Below, one piece after another: positions 36,927 to 48,134 of a stretch of DNA of 64,000 nt. Below the pieces are notes generated by a model. It had not been told where the DNA came from and ran no database searches. It was given only the letters and a program-made list of their open reading frames with translations. Where the stretch lies: positions 7,539 through 71,538 of the forward strand of contig JAUCBJ010001113.1 of NCBI GenBank assembly GCA_032718475.1, given 5' to 3'. Numbering within the stretch: the stretch's first letter is position 1; every line of letters starts with the position of its first letter. The position numbers and the translations under genes are program-made. Origin of the DNA: Nemertoderma westbladi (lineage: Eukaryota; Animalia; Xenacoelomorpha).

Positions 36927-38882
36927 GTGCCTCTTTGTGCCAATAAGTTATTAAATTGTTCCCTCATATAAGGTGAAAGCATTGATTCATTTATACTTAA
37001 ATGCTCGGGGGCTAACGGTAATTGTAATGTTTGTTCGTGAATAGCTTTGGGGTATTTTAAATCACATATTAAAAAATATCCAGTAGATCCGTCATTGTCT
37101 AAATCTACCAAGTACTCGGTTAGTTTTTCTGGAATTGCATTCTCTAAATGTTTAATACTTACTTCTTTGAATTGTGAGGTGGGTAGTTTTTTACTTAAAT
37201 TCCCAGAATATAAAGAGTTGAAATCAATATTAAAAATATGGCATTCTTCCTTAGTAGAATCATATGTACTTGTTTTGGGTATATTTGATTCTATATAATG
37301 CTTACGACAAAATGAAACACCACCCCTAATTTATTTTTCAAAATCTCTATATGTCTGATAATCCTTTATTAATTCTATTTTACATTTATTATATTTTAGA
37401 GCAGCACAATCATAGGTACATGATGCGATACTACAGTAAAAAACCACTTCCAAATCGTAATTTTGTTTAAAAACATTCCTAAAATTCTCAAATATATCAG
37501 CAAACAAGCAAACATTGAGTTTTAAATAGGCTAAAAGATAATCTTTGAGATACACACAGTCGAATTCTACCCATGATAATCCAGCAAACCTATAATCTTC
37601 AATTGTACATGTTTTTTGACTTAAGTTACTAAAAAAATTATTCATAGATGGCAAACCTGTATCATTAAATTTATTTATATCTGTCAAGTACTCGTATGGA
37701 AATACTCCTTTCCGATTAATTGTTGAGTTATTCAAGTTTGGGTAAAAATATTTCGTTTCTTGTAGAGTAATAGGTAAAATTGAGCTATAATCATGACTCG
37801 CTACAACCTTTGTTGAACACTCAACTAAATTACTTAGGGAAAAGCTTAAAAATTGATATGTGTCTAGACACGTAACTCAATTTTTTTAGAAGAGTTTTTA
37901 ATTGGGATAAATGCACTCAGTGAAATATATCGTTCTGTATTTCTCGGTATAACCTTTATATCCCAATCCGTGTATTTCTTATCTCTAAATCCGGTTTGTA
38001 ATATACAATGTATATCGTAGTGATTGGCATTGTGCCCGCAAAGTACATACAGGTATCGTTTCATGGATAAACTCCGGTTACACCTATTACAGGCCGCCAC
38101 GATATATTTACCTGTAATATGTGAATGATGTCTGTTTTTCCCTACATTATTATTTAAAGTAACATTACAATAGAAACAAAATTTTGCCTATTCAAAATTT
38201 ACAAAATCAATATTAGTAAATAATATAGTTTTATGGGTGTATATTTCTGACCAACAACATAATTCAGTTAAATCAGTATATAATGAATCTAAGAAATCTT
38301 GAATACAATTATTATTATTATTTGACTTTACGAATGTTTTCAAATGACATTTTGGAGGATCAATTAATTTACTATTGGGAACAATTAAATAACTTACAGC
38401 ACCCGGTATATGCTCCTGTATAAATTGATTATTAACTGAGGGTTATAAGATACATTCTATATCAAAGTAGGTGACAAACAATGGGGATATGGGGATTTAA
38501 ATATATCGGTCTACTGTAGGTACAGTTGTAAGTCTATTTACTGCTGTATTTGGCTGATATATTTACTGTGTTTGGTGCAGTTTAACTGTTTGTTGTTTAA
38601 GTTTTTAAATTTCCCGCGTTTATGTTATTATTTAATACATGGCAGTATTTATGGTTAAAAAAAAATTGGGATAAGGTTCTATCTAAATTTGTAAAACTAA
38701 TATGTATTCTTTTTTTATTAGGTAGTTTCTCGCGTTGACTTTTTCCTTGATAACAGGCGAGACAGTGTCGTTGGAGAACTTCCTTTTGATAAAAATGCAC
38801 CAAACACCTTTCACAATATTGTCTATTGTGGATATGAAAAGGCACTTAATACTGGAGCACCAATTATAGAAATTAGTCTTAA

Positions 38883-39543
38883 GGGGGGGGGGGGGGGGGG
38901 TTTCTGGGGGGGGGGGCATTTTCTGACCAAAAAGTCGAATTTTTGAAACATATCCTATCTGATGCAGAATTTCATGCTGAATCCAAATATGGAAACCGTT
39001 TTCCAATATCTTGCTTAGTTTAACTAAGTAACTTTGTTCTCTAAGAAAAGAGCTTTCGAATGAGCCCAAAACGAACTCCGTACGACCACTAAAACTGGAG
39101 ATTATACATTTTGAAGATCTCCGATGAACGATAAGTCTATTCCGTGTAATCCCGCAAAGACCACAGAGTCGCTTATTCGAGTCCCGTCTTCATTCCAGAG
39201 ACTTGAAATTGTCTTATAAACTGATCAGTAGGTCCAATAATCATAAAAAAATACATTCTCAATTAAAATTTAGTGCTCTTTCTCGTGGAGACGTCCAATT
39301 AGCACCATTGAGCACAGAAATTTGCAGAAATTGAATGCAAACCCCAAACTTCATCTCCATTACCGGTATCGCAATGTAGCGGAGCCAGTATCTTCTATCC
39401 CAGATATCTCGAAAACTAAGTAACATATGGGAAAACGGTTTTCATATTTGGATTCAGCATGAAATTCTGCATCAGATAGGATATGTTTCAGAAATCCGAC
39501 TTTTTGGTCAGAAAATGCGCTACCCCCCCCCCCCCCCCCCCCC
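38883..39543. mobile_element. Kolobok-type MITE with long (>100 bp) TIRs
   Basis: TTAA TSD at 38879-38882 and 39544-39547; G-run/C-run termini; GCATTTTCTGACCAAAAAGTCG... inverted at both ends. Confidence 0.88.
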
Positions 39544-39728
39544 TTAAACAACGCACTGAGCCCTGGATGACCTCGGGTATTCTTAGTAATATCAGAGAAA
39601 GAGATAACTATTTGTATAAATTTAGGAAATACCGTGTTTTAGCTGATTATAATAATTACTGCAAATATAGAAACCTTGTCCAACGGAAAATATAAAAAAG
39701 CGAAATCCGAATATTTGTACAACAAAAT

Positions 39729-40040
39729 TGTTGTGTTCATGGCTCGCCCCAATCTTTATACTGTATTATAAGGCAACATGGGTGAAGGGAATATACTAAG
39801 GATATATATACTTACGGCTTTAACGGTACATCCAGACTGCTTATTACTGCAGTACTGCTAGATACTGACCCCCTGTACACAGTACAGCTGTATGCGCGAA
39901 CCACTTATGCAGCACGGCTGCAGCGCAACATGTTTAATGATATTATACTGTAACATTATACGTGTGCTGGTATTATATTGAACTCAAATATATATATGTT
40001 ATTTACTTCATAACCTCCGCTCGCACTACGAGACATGACA
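39729..40040. mobile_element. Solo LTR (312 bp)
   Basis: TGTTGTGT...ACATGACA ends; 5-bp TSD AAAAT at 39724-39728 and 40041-40045; removal restores the CR1 frame (YNKISENNDNPKSLW). Confidence 0.85.
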
Positions 40041-42911
40041 AAAATAAGTGAGAATAATGATAATCCTAAAAGTCTATGGTCTACCCTAAAATCTTTAGGT
40101 TATAAAAACCTTAAATCTAAATCGAATATTGTTCTGCAAGATAACGGTGAGCTGATTCATGATCATACTCTAGTTAGTAATTTACCACAGGTAATCTCTT
40201 GTACAGTAGACTGCGATTTGCTAATGACTACAGTTTGACCTCTGTCTGACAGGTAGGATTTGAACCAGTCTATAGAACCTACACCCATCAGGCCTAACTT
40301 ACCAAGCAGAATTTCGTGATCTACAGTATCGAAAGCCTTTTGTAGGTCCAACATTACCATACCAGTATATAAACCGCAAGGTAGTATATTAGGTCCTCTG
40401 CTTTTTGTATGCTATGTAAATGATATGATAAGTAGTATAGATCCCGATTTTAAACTCATTTTATATGCCGACGACAGTGCTCTTATTTTCTCTCATAAAG
40501 ATCCTATCCATATTTCCCAAAAGTTAAGTGCAGTTCCAGAATCCTGTAATGAGTGGTTGGCTGATAATAAGCTATCCATTCACTACGGTAAGACTGAAAG
40601 TATTTTGTTTGGTTCCAAAAGAAAGTTAAAGAAGGTAACTAAGTTTGAAGTCACTAGTAATGGACATAAGATTGAAAATAAAAAGGAAGTTAAATATTTA
40701 GGCGCCACATTGGATAACTGCTTATCAGGAGAAAGTACAGTGAAAAATATTTTCTCGAAAGTTAACAGTAGGCTTAGGTTTCTATACAGAAATAAAAATA
40801 GTTTAAACACCGACTCCCGCAAGTTACTTTGCCCTTCTTTAATACAGTGTCACATGGACTATGCGTGCTCTTCTTGGTATGAAGGCTTAACCAAACAGCT
40901 TAAATGTAAATTACAAGTAGCTCAGAATAAAGTAGTACGATTTATTAAAGACTACAAACCTAGGCACCACCTAACTCCAGATGACTTTTCTGAATCTGGA
41001 CTACTTAACTTAGATAGTAGAGTTAAGCAGCTACGCCTTAACCATGTGCATAAAGTGTATAATGGTAAATGTCCCAATTACCTAAAACAACAATTCAACA
41101 GAGTACGCGATACACACTCTTACAGTAGCAGAGCTAGTGCTTCAAACTTCTACCTCCCGAATTATAAATCCTTTGAATCTGATACATTCTTTTTTAACGG
41201 TATTAAAAATTGGAACGCTCTGCCTAATGAAATTAAAAACCTAGATAATCAACATTCTTTTAAATCTGCAGTTAAATCTCACCTCCGTGTGCAATGTAAA
41301 AATAGGTACAATAGTCCTACAGTAAGTTATTAGTTTATTAAATATTTACTATTTATACTGTAATTACGTTTTTAATAAATTGTTCTGTACATTACATCTT
41401 TATCGTTGAGTTGGACATTGTTACGCTCTCGGTAAAGTTGTACATGTACATAGTGTAATTACGTTTTATATTGGTTTTAGGTTAGCGTAGTGTAATATTG
41501 TATTTGTAACCAAGTAACATGAAGGACCCCCTTGGAAATAAGCTGCAAAGCTTTAGGGGTAATCCTATATGTTATGTTGGACAATACCTTTATACCGGTA
41601 CATTGTTTGGTGTATTTGTTATTGTTTTTATATAATGTATAAATAAATCTATATGAAGAGCTTTCGTATTCAGCAATCGATTCAAGTTAGTTATGCTCAC
41701 ATAATGATTTTGTTTACGCACATTATTATTTTTTACTACAAGTAATATATTTAATAAATCTTTATCTGGTGTAATTTTACTAAACTGAGGTTGTCTTAAT
41801 ATAGATACGGGGGTCTGTTTGTTGTTGTTATTCCAGCATAATAAATTAATCATATATTTCGAATTTTGTTTTTCAAAAAGTTTAATCACTAGCTGCCACT
41901 CTGTTGGATAATCATTTTTCCTGTTTTCAAAAATGAAATGACTCATATAATTTTTGTGTGACAAAGTACGGTTTTGTTGTTGTTTTTCACTTTGCTACTA
42001 AATTTTGCGGTTATAATTTGAAACAATCATTATCAACCGTTTGTATATTTATTGTACTGCGTTTACTCGATAGAGCCTTAGGTAATTCCATATATCCATG
42101 TCCCTTATATAGTAACGACCTAGACTTAGAATCAGCTAATTTAATTTCAACTCTTAATAAAGATTTAATACGCCAGCCTGAACCACGTGTGTTAAACAAA
42201 CATGGCTATTTTTTCTAATATATTTTCAAGTATATACTCAAACCATAGATCAAAACTTTGTGATGAATCTACAGTATTAATAGCACCACCGGAAGAATTA
42301 AAATAAAAGGTTTCTAATTGCTCACCTTCTGAAAAATGTGTTCTGTACATTAATACATTTAGACCTAACCATAGTCTAAGAACATTCATTTCTTTCAATC
42401 TGTCCAATATTAACTGAAGAATATTACCTCGAATTTGCGCTAATGCTGTTTCTACATCGGGATTATCTCTAGAAGTTGGGAGGTCATGGACATAAATTTC
42501 AAGACGATTATCGTGAGCGTCTTGTTCCCGCGTAAAAATTGTTGCGCATGTACCATGAGCCACCCTTAATTTTTTTCTAGATATTATATTTTTATGTTGT
42601 GGAGATTTACGCTTTCTTGTGTAATAACATTTCAAGTGACAGTCGTGTCGTAAATAATTCTCATATATATACTCTTTATTACAGGTAGAACAAGTCAATT
42701 GATAAGTGTGAAACTCCATTTCTTTACAGCCCGTAGTTGATTCATGTCGTTTACAAATTTCACTGCATGAAGTCGTTACATGACACTTAAAACAAGAATA
42801 ACCTTCAAAATGCGACTTTAGATGACGTAAATAATTATGTCTAGTTACATTCATATGACAGAATGAACAACATATTACTATTTTATCCATGTTGAAGTTT
42901 GTTTAGATTAT

Positions 42912-43267
<356 letters not shown>

Positions 43268-43456
43268 TGTAGTGGCGCATATTTCAGTACTAATACTGAA
43301 CTAAATACTGAATTAACTTATTTAAATTGATTTAATTGATTTAATTGGATGTCTCAAGGCTCGCAGCATTGTTGCCAGTGTTCCGTCCGCGCTTGTGGCC
43401 CCACGAGTCGAAGCCACTGTGTCCGTTCCGGCCAGCCATGTGTTGGCTGTTCGAAG

Positions 43457-44035
43457 GTGAGGACCTTCGAATACGTAAGGGAAAGGCATGGGCAGCCTTG
43501 AATAGGCTTTCCAGGATTTGGAAGTCACCTAGAATTAATCGGAAACTTAAGGTCCGATTATTTAGAGCAGCAGTAGTTCCAGTACTCCTCTACAGGAGTC
43601 CATGCTGGGCTCTAACTGCTGAGGACACCAAATCTCTGGATGGCACATTCACAAGAATGCTACGCCGGGTACATTGTGTCAAGTACAATGCACACATCTC
43701 CAACCAGACACTATATAACATTGGAGGTTTCTCATTGGTTCCCCCAAGCTTGACACTAGAACAAAATCGCCTCCGCTTTGCAGGACATTGCTTTCGCCGT
43801 GAGGACCAGCCAGTGCATAATCTTGTACTTTGGCAGCCTCATGGAGTGAATAAGCATGGTGGACAGCCCATGACTTTCTTGAGACGCATCTTAAAGGACA
43901 CTGGCCTTAAAGATGCGGATGATCTAGCAAATGTCATGGGTGATAGGGAGTTGTGGCGGTGCAATTTTGTTGACAAGCCGGCACAGCATTCTTAAAAATG
44001 CAGCTGCAATGCAGCATGCCGATCCTAGTAGTAGG
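43457..44035 (+). mobile_element. 3' fragment of the same RTE family as 5449-6745
   Basis: Near-identical to 6174-6745; ends CCGATCCTAGTAGTAG. Confidence 0.9.
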
Positions 44036-44952
44036 CTGTGCACCGCTGTCTTCGGGCGGCTGTCTGAACCCGCATCAGATTCCGGTTATGGTAGACTCAA
44101 AAGTTTCTGATTCTTCCATTCATGGGGATGACTCCGACTCTGACTCCGACACTGACTCATTCTCAAGTGCGGTTATTACACAAATACCGGCTAGGCGCTC
44201 CTGTGACAGACACTCGTCTGCTCCAGGTGGATTCACACCATCGACCTCGGCTTCTCCCCCATCCCTTTCAACACTGGATCGGTTGGAGTCGGCGTTTGGT
44301 GGTCCCTGGCTTAACACTCCTGGTTCATCGACTGATCTGGCCTGGGAGGCTCGGTACTCCCGTCTCACTCTCCTTCCGGGACATCAGTACATAGTGCCGG
44401 GTGGGAATGTTGGTCGGAAGATCGCCGATTTCTTGGCCCGCAAGCTGGAGTTCCTGACAGATGGGATACACCCATCTGCCGGAACGGCCCCTCTGCTTCA
44501 TCGCAGTCATGTTTCAACGAGACCCAATGGTGAAGAAGAGCGCGGATATCCGGCGCACCCTATTGCGTCGGATAGGTATGTGGGAGCGTGAGGAGTTCAA
44601 CCAGCTGGTGGTCGAATCGGAGCGTTGCAGCATGAAATTCGCCAAGTCCCGAGGATCTGGTGGTCAAGAGACCCCAGCCCAAGTTTTAATAGAAAAATTC
44701 TGGCTGGACAGAACCGGGCTGCCGTCCGCCTCATCACAGACAGGGACAGAGGTGGGATTTTAGATCCGGATGCCCAGGCTGAGGGACGACCACCTGGGGT
44801 TACCATTCGCGATGTCCTCTCGGAGAAACACCCGCCCCAATTGGATGTATCTCTCGATGCGTTCGAGCCCTGCGACGAGTTGCCCACCTTCGAGGACGTC
44901 GACATCACGGGGCAACTCGTCCTCAAGGTAACTCGTGCTCTGTGGGGTGGAA
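44036..44952 (+). mobile_element. Fragment of a CRE-like non-LTR retrotransposon ORF (region N-terminal to RT), frameshifted
   Basis: VPGGNVGRK..D; LLRRIGMW....F.QLV.E; AAVRLI...RGGIL; IRDVLSEKHP; ITGQLVLKV..AL.G pattern; GC-rich. Confidence 0.6.
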
Positions 44953-45536
44953 CATAGTCAACCACAATAATGAACAAGAATGGTGCAAGTGTGTCTCCAT
45001 GGAGGACGCCCCATAACACTTCAAATGGTTCTGTGTCACCGTCAACAGTAGACACAAATGTAGTCGAACCATCATATACTGATCTGATTGCTGCAATAAT
45101 TTCATCAGGAATCCCATATAATGAAAGTATGCTGAACATTCGTGAGCGAGCTAATGACGCATCGGAGAACATATGTAGATCCAGATTCGTCATGTCCCCA
45201 TCCGGGAAAAGAATCAAAGGCCTTGAAGAAGTCAACAAAGATAACAGCCAGATGCCTGTCTTTCTTTTTTGATAACTCTTCAATTATCCTTCTTAAGTGC
45301 CAAAATGGGCTCCATGGTCCCACGACCTTTACGGAACCCATTCTGATTTCCACGGAGCAGTCTCTCAATGGGATCCCTGATGCGATTTAATAAAATCCTA
45401 TTGCATAGCTTTGCAGCAATCGAGATCAATGAGATTCCCCGAAAAGAACCATAGAGTGTTAGGTTGCCCTTCTTGGGAACTGGCACCAATTTATTTGTTT
45501 TCATTTCTTGTGGGATTCTTGTTGTTCGGTACATGT
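44953..45536 (-). mobile_element. RTE-clade RT N-terminal fragment (inverted) containing a 59-bp foreign insert
   Basis: VPVPKKGNL; RGISL...AAKL.NRILLNRI; NQNGFRKGR; FVDF.KAFDS; GVLHGDTLAPFLFIIVVDYV. Confidence 0.85.
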
Positions 45537-46020
45537 CTACTTATGCCACCTTTCTAACTCTGTCGTTGCCCTTATTTCGTCCACCCTGTTTGCGACGAAT
45601 ATAGGGTATCTCGTCCTTTCATTATGTAGCCAACCAAGCACTACCATGGAGTCCGTCCAGTAGTGTGTTTCCACTATGTTGGGAATAGCGTCCATCAAGT
45701 AGGCTGTGGCCCTAACTCCTAACGTCGCAGCTGTCAACTCGAGTTTCGGAACCGATGCTGAATCTGGCGGTGTCGACTTCGCTTTGCTGAATGCGAGTCT
45801 GGGCTTGTGAGCCCCCTCTCGTTGTACTAAGTAGAGTGCCGCTCCGTATGCCTCTAATGACGCATCGGAGAACATATGTAGATCCAGATTCGTCATGTCC
45901 CCATCCGGGAAATAACACGTGTGGCATGCTGTATATTCCCATCTGCTCTAAACTCTCTGTCCACTTGCACCACTGCTTGCTGATCTCTTCCGGTACCTCT
46001 GTGTCCCACTCGTCCTGCAG
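45537..46020 (-). mobile_element. BEL/Pao RNase H fragment (third family)
   Basis: WDTEVPEE..KQW..W; LHMFSDASLEAYGA; VPKLELTAA; YWTDSMVVLGWL; FVANRV. Confidence 0.85.
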
Positions 46021-46720
46021 TAATTCAAGCAGCAATCACCATCTATGTGAAAACTACATTTATCTTCTACAGTAGTTAATTTATCGTGGAAGGGACACGG
46101 AGATAAATAATTGTAATATAGTCGAAATATTCCCAATTTGTTCATCGATTTTGGAGCGTAAACATCAAGTTGGATATTTAATATTGCGGCTTTCATCAAC
46201 CCGAATACATATATATTATATTTATTTTTTAATTGTCTCTTCATGTACTTTTTAAAGTCATCTTGCGAAATGTTGCCGTAATCCCAGGGTAAATGCGATG
46301 TAATATCGCATAAATTGTTTACGTGGGCTTTATCTAATGCCGATAAGTTAATATCAGGAGGTCCTTTAATTAAAAACGTCTTTATATCGCGGGGTAGCTC
46401 AGTTGGTTGAGAACCGGGCCTGCAATCTAATGGTTGTAGGTTCAGCCCCGCCAGGGTCCACTCAGCCTTTCATCCACTGGGGTCGATAAAATGAGTACCA
46501 GTTAAATAACTGGGAGCAAATCTTGGGATAGGAGTAGCGCCCACCCCTACCCTCGGGTAGCAGCTATCGAAAGAGGAGCCTTCGGGTCGCCTCCGGCTTC
46601 GGCCGACTGTTTGCTTTGTATTTAGAATCGAATATAGCAAATTCTTTAAATACTATCGGATATTCCTTATTGTCTATCCTATAATAATATTGAAAATCAA
46701 CAAAAATAACATTATCCATT
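46020..46720 (-). pseudogene. Polinton RNase H-like/DEDD-type accessory ORF (MDNVIFVDFQ...FKEFAI...), split by a SINE
   Basis: IFVDFQ..KEFAI N-terminus, HLPWDYGNI, IYVFGLMK; homologous to 11085-11541. Confidence 0.55.
46389..46610 (+). mobile_element. tRNA-derived SINE with Deu/Nin-type core
   Basis: Box A TAGCTCAGTTGG, box B GGTTCAGCCCC, core CCACTCAGCCTTTCATCC...GGTCGATAAAATGAGTACCAG. Confidence 0.8.
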
Positions 46721-46763
46721 TTATCGAATAATATTTTTAAATAAACAAAAGTTAAATGATTAA

Positions 46764-47216
46764 TTACAACGCATGTTGGTTTATTTTATAATAATTAACA
46801 AGCCATTTATATAATATTATTTCATTTATTTCTACATTATTTGTAAACGTTCTCATTGGATAGTTTGTGTGAATTCGATTTACCAAGTAATAAAGACAGT
46901 ATAACCCGCATGTGGTCCTTCTAGGGTCTTGAAATTGCCTGCGAGTAGTACACCACCTTGCTGAATTTTTCTCAAGCCATTTCTCAATACATCTGTTTGG
47001 ATATTTTGGACCAAACGAATTAAATAATTCAGCTTCATTATCTCGTATATATATAGCCACCCAATGAACACCAGGTAGATGCGCTTTATCAGTATTTACT
47101 ATTAACCCATAGTCTCTTCGCTTATTATTATCTAATTTAGGTAATTTATTAGATGGAAATGCCCCCAAATAGTGACCACCCACTGGAAACATATCAAGGT
47201 CCTCTGTAGATAACAT
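46764..47216 (-). CDS. Polinton adenain-like cysteine protease
   Basis: YLGAFPSNKLP; LIVNTD....PGVHWVAI; ELFNSFG; FQDP...TCGLYCLYYL. Confidence 0.9.
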   Translation of the reverse strand: MLSTEDLDMFPVGGHYLGAFPSNKLPKLDNNKRRDYGLIVNTDKAHLPGVHWVAIYIRDNEAELFNSFGPKYPNRCIEKWLEKNSARWCTTRRQFQDPRRTTCGLYCLYYLVNRIHTNYPMRTFTNNVEINEIILYKWLVNYYKINQHAL

Positions 47217-48134
47217 ACTTAATCGATATGTATTTCTTTCCTGCTATTTAAGCTTAATGATTGATCATAAATATTAAAAACAATTACATTTATGGTCTCA
47301 ACCAGCTGATCGGCAAATCTTAATTTTAATTGTCCGTTAGTATATATCGATGGTTGCGGATCCCTAACATAGCCGTCGGCAGTTAGGTCCCAGGATATGA
47401 GAGGGCAATTACCTAAGTAGGTTTCAGTAAGCGCTCAGTAAGGTTCAAACAACATATTAATATGAAAATAAATTATCTGCAAAGAAAAGAACCCAATACT
47501 ATATAATTTGACCTTATTAAAAAAATGGAACTTTTGCACACTTATTTGTACAAATGCACTTTAGCAGATCGTAATGGTGGCTCTTATTTAACAAACTTAT
47601 GTTTATCCTCTACCGATCTACGATGGTGTATGATCAAGTGTCAGTCGCTAAAAGAGTCAAAAATCCAATTTAATAAATCTGGATTTGCGATTTTGGACCA
47701 TATTCATGGACAATTTTAAGTCACTTTATATTCATAAAAAGTTAAACAAATGTTACGATTATAGTTAGAAATCATTCCAAACTACATTTTAATCCAAAAA
47801 ATAACATTCTACGATGAATAGAACTGGAAATAACAGTGTTTGAAATATCGAAAAAATGTTCACTATTTAAGTGCATTTTGCACTAAGTGCACATTTTTTT
47901 TTCCCAAGTTTTATCCTATTTCACATACTACAATCTATCCTCTATCCAATGAAAAAAGTTTCAGATCAAACGGGCCAGTAGAACCGAAGTTATTGCTGTT
48001 TAAAAATAGTCACTCGAAAATTTCAAATTCTCTTGGTCACATAGTCTAGTGGGGAAGAGGAACAACCTCAGGTAATAGTATTAGGATCCCCTACCGCTAC
48101 TGTAAGGAAGGATTGTACAGCAACCCAACCAGAG

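Larger units (their letters stand above)
38839..41650 (+). mobile_element. 5'-truncated CR1/L2-group LINE inserted in polB, itself carrying a MITE, a solo LTR and an internal inversion
   Basis: EPWMTSGI; [15 protein letters not shown]; LYADD; KYLG; QVAQNKVVRFI; AATAAA + TCTAT tail; ATATGAA duplicated at 38832-38838 and 41651-41657; removal restores polB KALHIHNRQYCERC. Confidence 0.88.
30900..42890 (-). pseudogene. polB: Polinton protein-primed family B DNA polymerase, fragmented by frameshifts and insertions (segments ~41651-42890, 38668-38838, 36927-38489, 30900-31868)
   Basis: RGSGW; LPKAL..K...INIQ..DNDCF; YFDIE (ExoI); HSHITGKY..ACNRCN; GHNANHYD (ExoII); RKGVFPYEY; IRGG; IDFNSLY; KLLNNSLFGK; SDTDSL; RRAKGI; SLPWGHY. 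Confidence 0.92.

Noticed and set aside
38490-38667. ~180-bp insertion in polB
   Set aside because: Appears to interrupt polB (possible GGGATA duplication) but too short and featureless to classify.
46389-46455. tRNA gene
   Set aside because: No complete cloverleaf; continues into a SINE core.
47217-47400. Possible 5' LTR end/PBS of family C (ACA|TTTATGGTCTC or CCCTAACA|TAGCCG)
   Set aside because: No match found to the LTR-like region at 60289+, to a recognisable tRNA end, or to a self-complementary site, so priming mode cannot be assigned.
47497-48050. Possible MITE upstream of family C gag
   Set aside because: Only weak terminal inverted similarity and no convincing TSD.
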